Translations under genes and position numbers: made by a program
Part shown: positions 32,092 to 40,392 of the stretch, one piece after another
Layout of the letters: each line of letters opens with the position of its first letter
How positions within the stretch are numbered: the stretch's first letter is position 1
Assembly (NCBI GenBank): GCA_963555755.3
Contig: OY820905.2
Coordinates: forward strand, 4,192,001-4,256,000
Direction: 5' to 3'
DNA from: Nitrospirales bacterium
GTDB lineage: Bacteria; Nitrospirota; Nitrospiria; Nitrospirales; UBA8639
Length of the DNA: 64,000 bases
The notes under the pieces: generated by a model
The model's input: the letters and a program-made list of their open reading frames with translations, nothing else
Database searches by the model: none
What the model was told of the DNA's origin: nothing

Positions 32092-32892
32092 ATGGAAACA
32101 GGTACGAATCAAAAGTTGTTCCTCATTGTCTTGCTCAGTTTGAGCGTGGTACTCACGGGATGTTCACGTCAGCTTTATACCTCGTTGGTTAGTAGTGAGG
32201 AATCGAAATCCGACGATCTATTACAAGGAGGAGAGTCGGAGCAAAGGGTGATGTCACGCAGTCCTGTTGAAGCTTCTCCACTTCCTAGGCTCAGTGATTC
32301 CAGTATCGATTCATTCTCTCCTGTCCCGCAAAACCCACAATCGGGAAGTAATACGGAATTTTCTACCTCTCAAATTCCAGAGAGTGATTCTTTCTTTTCA
32401 TCTTCGGGCGACATCATTCCACTCGATGACAAAGACTTGCTCACCGAAATAGCGGCGGCTTCAGGGACGGGCGGGTCGACAAGTCGTGAAACCGAGGCAT
32501 TCTCTTCCCGTCAAAAGGGAGGGACGTTGACACCATTGGGAGATGAGCTTTTCGATAAGGGGAATTTGGGGGATGTGTTTTTCGACTTTGATGCTGTGGC
32601 TATTCTTTCGGACGCCGCATCCACTCTTCACGCGAATGCTCAAATATTAACAGCGCGTTTGGATAATCGTCGTGTGGTCATTGAGGGGCACTGTGATGAA
32701 CGAGGAACCGCAGAATATAATCTTGTGCTGGGAGAGCGCCGAGCTCAATCGACCAAACAATACCTGGTAGATCTCGGCGTCTCGGACTCGGCCATCCAGA
32801 CGATCAGTTATGGCAAAGAAAAACCCTTTTGCACAGCCTCACACCCTGATTGCTGGCAGCTGAATAGGCGAGGTCATTTTGTTTTACAATAA
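32092..32892 (+). CDS. Second Pal/OmpA-domain lipoprotein with Ser-rich linker
   Basis: LTGC lipobox; VFFDFD..IEGHCDERGTAEYNLVLGERRA..SYGKEKP. Confidence 0.9.
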   Translation: METGTNQKLFLIVLLSLSVVLTGCSRQLYTSLVSSEESKSDDLLQGGESEQRVMSRSPVEASPLPRLSDSSIDSFSPVPQNPQSGSNTEFSTSQIPESDSFFSSSGDIIPLDDKDLLTEIAAASGTGGSTSRETEAFSSRQKGGTLTPLGDELFDKGNLGDVFFDFDAVAILSDAASTLHANAQILTARLDNRRVVIEGHCDERGTAEYNLVLGERRAQSTKQYLVDLGVSDSAIQTISYGKEKPFCTASHPDCWQLNRRGHFVLQ

Positions 32893-32959
32893 GGGCACCA
32901 ATCGCTGGAGAGGTAGAGTCGTCATAGAGAAATAAGAGAGTCCTCTCGTAGCTTCAATG

Positions 32960-33006
32960 GGCCCAACCCAGGACTGTGCCGGTTCCTGAGTTGGGCCTTT
33001 CCTTTT
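32960..33006 (+). terminator. Probable intrinsic terminator
   Basis: GGCCCAACCCAGGA..TCCTGAGTTGGGCC stem followed by TTTCCTTTT. Confidence 0.6.
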
Positions 33007-33135
33007 GAGATAGGGCATTCAACCTAGAAACGGCAGGTGGGCGTAAAAAAGACCCAAGGGTTGTTTTTCATTCTTTGGTGAGAGACTGGCGGGCTTCAAC
33101 TTTTGATAAATGGTCGTAGGCGTGCGGATGGTGTG

Positions 33136-33648
33136 TTATTCAGAATCACCTCGCATCATAAATGGATGGTTCAGAATCCACATTTCATACATGGGGACGG
33201 CAAACATCACCAGAAAACTTAATAGCATGAGGACATCGCCGGATAACATCGTGATCACAAATATTGGGGACACGTACGTGATCAACCAGGGAGATACCAA
33301 ATCCAAGGTGACCCCAAGGAAGGCGGCCCAGGTGGTGATGACTTTTAATGTGGGGCTGATCATCGTGAGGTACAACACGTGAACCATGATCATGAATACT
33401 ACTGGCATGGTGAAAATATGAAAGTGGGTGGTCTCAGCTAACTGTCCAAACGACATGGGCTCGCCGAAGTTGGCATCCGAGCCCCGATAATGTTCGACAA
33501 GGCCTTTTGGTGTGAGATCAGTCATGCTATGTGCCCAAACCAAGGTGAAGGCAAAACCCACAAACATTAAAAGAAGAAACCAGGTGTAGACCAACCGGAT
33601 GTGCCGGTCGGTATCACGGAGCCGAAACCGAGTGTTGAAATTCCGCAT
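33136..33648 (-). CDS. Integral membrane protein (about 4 TM) with membrane-associated His residues
   Basis: EHYRG, ETTHFHIF, MVHV; last gene of the porin/FMN-binding operon. Confidence 0.75.
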   Translation of the reverse strand: MRNFNTRFRLRDTDRHIRLVYTWFLLLMFVGFAFTLVWAHSMTDLTPKGLVEHYRGSDANFGEPMSFGQLAETTHFHIFTMPVVFMIMVHVLYLTMISPTLKVITTWAAFLGVTLDLVSPWLITYVSPIFVITMLSGDVLMLLSFLVMFAVPMYEMWILNHPFMMRGDSE

Positions 33649-33665
33649 TCCAAACGAATCTGATC

Positions 33666-34379
33666 TTAGAGCCCTAAGATTGATTCAATGAATCCTTTTT
33701 CCGCATGGCCAGTGGCGATGACGTTTGTGCCGAGTCCACGGGGTTTTAAATAAAATTCGTTGACCAACACCAACACCCGCTTGACCCCAGCGCTGGCTGA
33801 CCGGACCGACATCGTGGCGCCGGTAATATTAATAATGTCTCGATTGATGCCGACGGGGTCTCCAACGGTCTTTCCTTCATATTGATAATTAAATCGTTTC
33901 CTGGCGATTTCATTGCCGCGTCCTTCGCGGTACACCAGGACTTCGAAATTGATGACCTCGCCCCCAGAATCAACGGCCACCATGTAGGTAATGGGACGAT
34001 GTTTGCCGATGGTATTTTGGACTATAGCGTACCCGTCGATGTCCTCTTTGGTTTCGCCAATATAGACATCAAAAGAGGTTTCCGGAAATTTCCATCCAAT
34101 GGTTTGTTCAACCAGGGTTTTTTGTTCAGGGGTTAATGGGAGTGTTTCTCGTCGGATCGTTTCCGATTCCGGAAACATGACTTTTGCGGCTTCTTCCTCG
34201 GTAAAATAAATCTCAATGTGCCCAAGTTCTTCTTGTGTGAGCCAGCGTTTCAAATCATGGTCATAGATTTTTTCTGGAAGAGAATCCTGGGCAAACACCA
34301 AAGACGGAGCAAATCCAAGCAATATGCTACCAAGGGTAAAAATCCACACAAGTTTTTGAATTAGCTTAAAGTCGCACAT
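33666..34379 (-). CDS. Exported FMN-binding (flavinylated) protein
   Basis: Signal peptide; IGKH.PITYMV, YRE.RG.E, DIINITGATMS containing the [ST]GA[ST] flavinylation motif. Confidence 0.88.
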   Translation of the reverse strand: MCDFKLIQKLVWIFTLGSILLGFAPSLVFAQDSLPEKIYDHDLKRWLTQEELGHIEIYFTEEEAAKVMFPESETIRRETLPLTPEQKTLVEQTIGWKFPETSFDVYIGETKEDIDGYAIVQNTIGKHRPITYMVAVDSGGEVINFEVLVYREGRGNEIARKRFNYQYEGKTVGDPVGINRDIINITGATMSVRSASAGVKRVLVLVNEFYLKPRGLGTNVIATGHAEKGFIESILGL

Positions 34380-34831
34380 CCCTTATCCCTCAGTTGGTTG
34401 GAAATTCGTTGCGCCAAGCGTTGTTCCTCTTCCACGACCGGAGGAATTCGTCTCCAATGAGTTGATTGGGACTGCACACCCATTGGAGAAAAAAATTCTC
34501 TGACTTGGTGAATGGATATTTCAATTGCCTGTGGATCTTGCTCAAGATTGAGAAAAAACCGAGCTCGTTCTTGATTGGCGTCCCGCTCCATAACGCCAGC
34601 TTTTCTTTTTGAGGTAAGGGCAATCCACTCCGTCGCAATGACGCCTTTTTCTTTATCGATTTGCCGAAGCTCAAATTCATCCACGCTCGCCAGGGAAACC
34701 GACCACGCTTGTTCATAGGAACAAGAAGCCCTCACAGTGAGGGGTGCACTTGAAAGGGTCGCGCACCCCACTGTGGAAACGAACAAGAGAAAAGAAAGCA
34801 CTACAAATTTACCCATAGCGGGGATGAACAT
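34361..34831 (-). CDS. Hypothetical lipoprotein
   Basis: VGC lipobox; DKEKGVIATEW motif reminiscent of BamC-like domains. Confidence 0.7.
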   Translation of the reverse strand: MFIPAMGKFVVLSFLLFVSTVGCATLSSAPLTVRASCSYEQAWSVSLASVDEFELRQIDKEKGVIATEWIALTSKRKAGVMERDANQERARFFLNLEQDPQAIEISIHQVREFFSPMGVQSQSTHWRRIPPVVEEEQRLAQRISNQLRDKGCATLS

Positions 34832-34840
34832 TTCTTTCGA

Positions 34841-36331
34841 TTAAAAGTACGTCGTGGCTGAAGCTTGCCAACCGTTGGCCGACCCCGGAGAATGTGCTGG
34901 ACCGACGGTTCCTGCATTATGGTCATTGAAGGTATAGCTAAACTTGACGACAGAATCCTCTGTTGGACGAAGATTGAGCCCCAGCGTGAGCCTGTCGATC
35001 TCATTGGCATTGGTTGAAGAGGCTGTATTCGTGTCAACTTGGCCCCAGCGAATAACGCCAGTAAAGGTTGATGCATCGCTAAAGTATGAGGAAGCCCATT
35101 GCTTTAGGGATGCTGGGAAGAAATGGTAATTTAATTGGATGTAGTATCCACTCATATTGGCCGGTGGAGCACCATTATTAAATGAAGTCGTCGGCATGGT
35201 CGTTCCACCTTCAATATTGGCCCAGGCTGCTTCGCCTTGTAGTTCAAAAAATGAAGTCGTCGGCATGGTCGTTCCACCTTCAATATTGGCCCAGGCTGCT
35301 TCGCCTTGTAGTTCAAAGGGGCCACGTTGAAGGTTTCCGTCAACCGCTAAAATTGTTAACGCATAGTCACTGTTGTCGTCCCAGTAGCCGTGGTGAATAG
35401 AGCCGGCTACCTCCACTCCAAGAATGGGGCTTAATGAAATACGACTGACAACGGCCTTATTTTCATTATTATCCGTTTTGAAACTTCCCCGAGAACTCCG
35501 TAACCCTGAGCTCTCCGTAATTGTGGTTGGCCCGCCGGTTCCAAATCCCATGCCGCCATCAAAGCCCTGTGTGACATAGATTTCATAATCGACTTTGGAA
35601 AGCTGGGTTGGATAAAACGTTCCAAAAAATCCAAACCCGGACTCCGCAAACGTCGAAGGAATGATAAGCCGGGACACCATTGGACGAAGAGGAAGATCAT
35701 TTAACGGTGAATCATGGATCAGGTTGAAACGTCCCATGGGAATTAAAATGATTCCTGCCCGTAGGTTAATCCAGTCTTCGAACCGGTAGTCCATCGTGGC
35801 GAATTCAATTTTGACATCTCCATCGCTTTGGTTGCCTTGTGGGCCACCATGTTCAATCTCGACTTCAGCGGCCACACTCAGTCGATCGGTCACTTGGGAA
35901 TAAAAGAACGGAACAAATCGTTCTTGGTCAAATTCCAACCCACGGGCACAATCTCGTGAGTCGTCATTACAGTCTGTAATCGTAAAATCAATGTAACCAC
36001 CGACAATGGTTTTAGGAGCTTTGACGAATGGTTTGGCGTAGACAGTGCGACCTCCCTGAAGACCACCACCACCGGTAAAGGTATCCCCAAACCGTTGTAC
36101 TTGTTGTGTGGTATCACCCAAGGCCGGCATTTTTTTAGAAAGATCAAGAGATGGAGGGTCAATCTGGGTCATGCCCCCGCCCATCATTTGCTGTTTGGTG
36201 TACCACTCTTGAAACATTTTTTGCATTTGTTCTTGTTGGGCCGGTGTAAATTCTTCACTCTCAGCCCAAACTTGCGTTTGAGGAACAATCATGAGGGCCA
36301 ACATTGCCCCCGCAATCAACAATCGTTTCAT
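34841..36331 (-). CDS. Outer-membrane beta-barrel/porin with internal 23-aa duplication
   Basis: Signal peptide, amphipathic strands, EVEIEHG, RAGIILIPMGRFN, C-terminal aromatic ATTYF; GGAG RBS at 36341-36344. Confidence 0.85.
   Translation of the reverse strand: MKRLLIAGAMLALMIVPQTQVWAESEEFTPAQQEQMQKMFQEWYTKQQMMGGGMTQIDPPSLDLSKKMPALGDTTQQVQRFGDTFTGGGGLQGGRTVYAKPFVKAPKTIVGGYIDFTITDCNDDSRDCARGLEFDQERFVPFFYSQVTDRLSVAAEVEIEHGGPQGNQSDGDVKIEFATMDYRFEDWINLRAGIILIPMGRFNLIHDSPLNDLPLRPMVSRLIIPSTFAESGFGFFGTFYPTQLSKVDYEIYVTQGFDGGMGFGTGGPTTITESSGLRSSRGSFKTDNNENKAVVSRISLSPILGVEVAGSIHHGYWDDNSDYALTILAVDGNLQRGPFELQGEAAWANIEGGTTMPTTSFFELQGEAAWANIEGGTTMPTTSFNNGAPPANMSGYYIQLNYHFFPASLKQWASSYFSDASTFTGVIRWGQVDTNTASSTNANEIDRLTLGLNLRPTEDSVVKFSYTFNDHNAGTVGPAHSPGSANGWQASATTYF
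35180..35317. repeat. Exact 69-bp tandem duplication inside the porin gene
   Basis: FELQGEAAWANIEGGTTMPTTSF occurs twice. Confidence 0.95.
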
Positions 36332-36355
36332 TCGAACGATCTCCAATTGTTGTTG

Positions 36356-36403
36356 GGGACTCTAATGGCCCTCAATGTCATTAAAGGGACTCTTGTGGTC
36401 CTC
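36356..36403 (-). promoter_or_regulatory. Two putative Com-type RNA binding hairpins in the porin leader
   Basis: Minus strand GAGGACCACAAGAGTCCC (36403-36386) and GAGGGCCATTAGAGTCCC (36373-36356), 30 nt apart. Confidence 0.65.
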
Positions 36404-36438
36404 AGTTTACGTTTTGGTGTTTAACGGATTGTAAAACC

Positions 36439-36657
36439 TCATTTGAAAAAGTTGGTCATGGAATTGGTGCATGTAAATATGCTGACTTCATGCGCCTTGA
36501 TACTGGCATAGGGAATAGAAACAATGCGCTTGCACCGTTTGCATTTGAGTTCGAGATTGTCCCCACGAATTTTTGCAATGAGATGGCCACATTCACATCT
36601 TGCCTCACTAGGCTGAAATTGCCGTTCTGGAAGTCTGCTTTTTATTTCTGGACTCAT
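36439..36657 (-). CDS. Small zinc-ribbon protein resembling phage Mu Com
   Basis: EARCECGHLIAK....LELKCKRCK, similar to the Com pattern RCxxCxKLLA...EIKCxRC. Confidence 0.75.
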   Translation of the reverse strand: MSPEIKSRLPERQFQPSEARCECGHLIAKIRGDNLELKCKRCKRIVSIPYASIKAHEVSIFTCTNSMTNFFK

Positions 36658-36708
36658 TGAATTAAAATAAAAAATAGGATAGTTATAAGAGCTAATTAAA
36701 AATTATTA

Positions 36709-36778
36709 TGATATTTATTCTCATTTAAATTGATTTTGATAACTATTATTAATAATGAATTCGTAGGGGTCCTGTCAA
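36709..36778 (-). promoter_or_regulatory. Two Fur-box-like sites overlapping a sigma70-like promoter
   Basis: TGATATTTATTCTCA (36709-36723) and TGATAACTATTATTA (36737-36751) versus TGATAATnATTATCA; TTGACA on the minus strand at 36778-36773 with an AT-rich -10. Confidence 0.7.
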
Positions 36779-36972
36779 CCTCATTCTTTAACGAAATGAT
36801 TGCCACCTAACCTGTTGATTTACATGAATAAATATGGACGGAAATAACTTATCAACGTATATTGTATTAGAGATATCCTTGGCTTCTACGATCACCAACA
36901 CGCGATGTATTTCCATGACTTATACCGATTTGATAGAGAGATGTTTTATGGTCATGCATTCACACTCAGGAA

Positions 36973-38001
36973 ATGATGCAACAGGTTTCTCCCGTTATGC
37001 GTAAACTCTTGGGTTCTGTATTCGGATGTGTGTTGGTGTTGGGGCTGATTGGATGTGGTGCTTCCCCCCATTTGGTCAAACGTGGCCAAATGCATATGGG
37101 GACCTTGGTTTTTTTAACTGCCGTGGCACCGGACGAACAGATTGCCCACGACGCTGTTCAAAAGGGATTTGACGAAATTCACCGGTTGGAAGAAATCCTG
37201 AGTACGTGGATTCCCGAAAGTGAGCTCTCGCGAGTCAATGCGGGGGCGGGGCGAACAGCCATCGCAGTCAGCCAGGAGACATTCGAAGTGTTGGCGAAAT
37301 CCATCGAGATGGACCGTCTGACCGAAGGTGGGTTTAATATTGCCATTGGCCCGGCGGTCGAAGCATGGAATGTGAGCCGGGAGGGACGGATTCCCACACA
37401 AGAAGAGTTGGATGCTGTTCGCCCTTTACTTCACTTAGAGAATCTCCTACTGGACAAAGAATCACGCATGGTGTTCCTTCGCAAGCCAGGGATGCGCGTG
37501 GATATTGGAGGTATTGGCAAAGGCTATGCCGCTGATCTCGCGGCCCATGTTATGCAGCAAGCAGGAGCTACTGCGGGGGTGGTCGCAATCTCAGGTGATA
37601 TCAAGACATTCGGTCGAATGCCTGATGGAGAACGGTTTGTCTTTGGCATTCACCATCCGCGTCATGGGGGTGCGTTATTAGGACAGTTGGAATTGGAAGA
37701 TAAGGCGGTGTCCACAGCCGGAGATTATCAGCGCTACTTTATGAAAGATGGGGTTCGGTATCATCACATCCTTGATCCGCAAACTCTTCAACCGGCTCGT
37801 GCATCCCAAAGCGTCACCGTGGTGGCGAAAGAAGGTGTCCTTGCCGATGGATTGGACACCGGCATCTTTGTGATGGGCCCGGAGAAAGGGATGGCGCTGA
37901 TCGAGAGCCTTGATGGAGTCGAGGGCGTGATTGTGGGGGAAGACGGGGAGGTCTATATTTCGTCGGGGTTGAAAGAGCGATTCCTTCTGAATGATCAGTA
38001 A
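36973..38001 (+). CDS. apbE: FAD:protein FMN transferase (ApbE lipoprotein)
   Basis: MGT, SELSRVN, DIGGIGKGYAAD, STAGDYQRYF, YHHILDPQT, ADGLDT. Confidence 0.95.
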   Translation: MMQQVSPVMRKLLGSVFGCVLVLGLIGCGASPHLVKRGQMHMGTLVFLTAVAPDEQIAHDAVQKGFDEIHRLEEILSTWIPESELSRVNAGAGRTAIAVSQETFEVLAKSIEMDRLTEGGFNIAIGPAVEAWNVSREGRIPTQEELDAVRPLLHLENLLLDKESRMVFLRKPGMRVDIGGIGKGYAADLAAHVMQQAGATAGVVAISGDIKTFGRMPDGERFVFGIHHPRHGGALLGQLELEDKAVSTAGDYQRYFMKDGVRYHHILDPQTLQPARASQSVTVVAKEGVLADGLDTGIFVMGPEKGMALIESLDGVEGVIVGEDGEVYISSGLKERFLLNDQ

Positions 38002-38089
38002 AGTTGGTCAGATCATCCTGGATTCCGAGGTTGAGTTTGCTTGGAAGGGCTCGATTACCTTATCGAGTTTGGGACATCCATGCGGACCG

Positions 38090-38183
38090 TTGTCATTGCG
38101 AACGGAGTGAGAAATCTTGACGCGGGGGAAAAGATCTCTCGCTCCGGTCGAGACAAGGATTTCTCCCGTTGGTCGAAATGACA
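38090..38183. repeat. Family C hairpin copy
   Basis: TGTCATTGCGA..GAGAAATCT...GGATTTCTCCC..GGTCGAAATGACA. Confidence 0.65.
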
Positions 38184-38258
38184 TTGGGGGAAACGCCCTC
38201 TTGTTTTACTGCGAAATTCTGGATCATACACGGGATCCCAGGGAAACATTTTGCGCCT

Positions 38259-38290
38259 AAAAAAAAGGGGCCGACAGCGGCCCCTTTTTT
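38259..38290. terminator. Bidirectional intrinsic terminator
   Basis: A8-GGGGCCG ACAG CGGCCCC-T6 between convergent genes. Confidence 0.85.
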
Positions 38291-38314
38291 ATTTCGTCTT
38301 CAGCACCGAAAAAA

Positions 38315-39046
38315 TTAATAATTGCCTTTTCCTTTTCCACCGCGGGAATACCCGCTGGCGTGAGATGTGTTGCCGCCGTGGGATTTAATGCGTTCGTGAA
38401 TCTTATTCATCCGTGATTGTTGCTCTTCTGACAACACGGCTTTGGCGGCCCGTTTGGCTTTGATCGAGGCTATGTTCAAATCAGCTTTTAATCCATATAC
38501 ATTTTTGATGTTTCTCTCAATGTCTCCAAGGCTGGATTTATCGTCGCGCAGTAACTCATGCAGGTCGATATTGGCCAGTTGGACATTGGCTTTTATTTTG
38601 ATCCGGTCTTTTCTGTAATTCGTTCTCACATCCCGCAGTTGCTGTTCCTGCTCATCTGTGACGCTCATCCCATCCTTGAATTTCAAAATATGGTCGATGA
38701 ATTTCGTCGCGCCTTGATGTGTGCCTGGGTGGGTGGAACTCCGTCCTCCATGTCCCGACATCCCCTTGCTATGAATTCCCCCGCGTCCAGAACTTTTGGC
38801 ATGGTGAGAATCTCCCATTCCCGGGTAGCCTGTAGAATGGTGCTTGTCTCCATGGATGCTTGCCTGCATGTGTGCAGAGCCCGTTCCACTATGGTGTTTG
38901 CTCGAGTAATTTGAGTCTCCATGGGGTGATCCATGTGGAGAACTGTCGGAGGCTGCCACTGTGGGGCCTGCCAAGGCTAACACGAAAACGCTAGAGAGAG
39001 AACAAACTGAATACCAGGAAAGTGTCGTGACTCCTGTGAATCTCAT
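38315..39046 (-). CDS. Periplasmic His-rich Spy/CpxP/ZraP-like protein
   Basis: Signal peptide, His/Gly/Ser-rich N-terminal region, VTDEQ and LSEEQ (LTxxQ-like) helical motifs. Confidence 0.75.
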   Translation of the reverse strand: MRFTGVTTLSWYSVCSLSSVFVLALAGPTVAASDSSPHGSPHGDSNYSSKHHSGTGSAHMQASIHGDKHHSTGYPGMGDSHHAKSSGRGGIHSKGMSGHGGRSSTHPGTHQGATKFIDHILKFKDGMSVTDEQEQQLRDVRTNYRKDRIKIKANVQLANIDLHELLRDDKSSLGDIERNIKNVYGLKADLNIASIKAKRAAKAVLSEEQQSRMNKIHERIKSHGGNTSHASGYSRGGKGKGNY

Positions 39047-39218
39047 GATTGAGTCCTCCTTTTACCTTTGAACAAGACGTGTGAATGGGAATGAGATATT
39101 TGCATGCATGTTGATGTCACTCATCACATCATTATAAATCTCTGAGCGAAAAGAAGCCAATGGGGTGCTAGTTGCATTATAATCGGTTCCCAGGTTATGC
39201 CAAGACGAAAGGCAGTGT

Positions 39219-40292
39219 TTAGGAATTCCGAGATTGTTCAAACATCACGGTATGTGTGGCCTTCACTTTCAGTTCAACCTGGGCGTTGAGCGCATAGAAT
39301 TGCGTCGAAGATTCGCTGCAATGAACGAGGCGCCCCGATTCGAGACGAAGGCCGTATAAATTTTCCGATCCCCGAAATTGGCGTGTTTCAATTCGGGCTG
39401 AACCGCTCCCACTCCCACGGATTTCAAGGTCATCCGGTCGAATCATGACGTCTACCTGGTTGCTTCCTTGATAGCCTTGCGGAAGCGGCAGATCTCCAAT
39501 TTCAGTCACGACAACATGGTGATGAATCTCGCCGGGAATGAAATCTGCCTGACCGACAAATTCTGCGACAAAACGGGACGCGGGCAAATGATAGGTCGTT
39601 TCCGGTGAGGCAAATTGTTCCAGCCGACCTTGATGAAGAACGGCAACCTGATCGGCCATGGTAAAGGCCTCTTCATGGTCATGGGTGACTAACACCGCCG
39701 TGGTTTGAGTTTTTTTCAACAAATCATGCAGTTCGCCGCGCATTTTATAAGTCATGTCGGGATCGAGATTGCTGAAGGGTTCATCCAATAAGAGCAGCAC
39801 CGGTTGGGGGGCGAGAGCCCGAGCCAATGCCACGCGTTGTTGTTGACCACCAGATAGTTCATGTGGGTAACGGTGTCCGTATTCAGACAATCCGGTCAAA
39901 GAAAGCATATCGTCCACTCGACGACGACGATCGTGAGCGGATAATTGGTTGAGGCCAAAGCCCACGTTATCGGTCACGCGCAGGTGTGGAAACAGTGCAT
40001 ATTCCTGAAATACCATACCCACGCGTCGTTGTTCAGGGGGGACATGGTGGTTGCCATCTGCTACGGGTGTTCCATTCAACAGCACGGTCCCTTCTACAAC
40101 CGATTCAAATCCGGCGATAGCCCTGAGGGTCGTGGTTTTCCCGCAGCCTGAGGGGCCGAGCAAGGAAATGATATCGCCTTTGCGTGCCGTAAACGAAATG
40201 TTGTGAATCGCCGGTTGCCCTGACTCATACGAGCAGGTGACGTGTTGTAGCTCAAGGACAATGGGGTTGTCGTGTGGGGTTGCGTCAGTCAT
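39219..40292 (-). CDS. Fe3+ ABC transporter ATPase (FbpC/FutC-like)
   Basis: GPSGCGKT, VFQEYALFPH, LSGGQQQR, LLDEPFSNLD, C-terminal TOBE-like region. Confidence 0.92.
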   Translation of the reverse strand: MTDATPHDNPIVLELQHVTCSYESGQPAIHNISFTARKGDIISLLGPSGCGKTTTLRAIAGFESVVEGTVLLNGTPVADGNHHVPPEQRRVGMVFQEYALFPHLRVTDNVGFGLNQLSAHDRRRRVDDMLSLTGLSEYGHRYPHELSGGQQQRVALARALAPQPVLLLLDEPFSNLDPDMTYKMRGELHDLLKKTQTTAVLVTHDHEEAFTMADQVAVLHQGRLEQFASPETTYHLPASRFVAEFVGQADFIPGEIHHHVVVTEIGDLPLPQGYQGSNQVDVMIRPDDLEIRGSGSGSARIETRQFRGSENLYGLRLESGRLVHCSESSTQFYALNAQVELKVKATHTVMFEQSRNS

Positions 40293-40392
40293 CGGAAGAT
40301 CGTGATGCGTGATGCGTGATGCGTGAAGCGTGAAGGCGCGAGATCAGAAAGGGGAAGGGGAAATTCTGTGGTGTATCTTCACGCATTACGCA

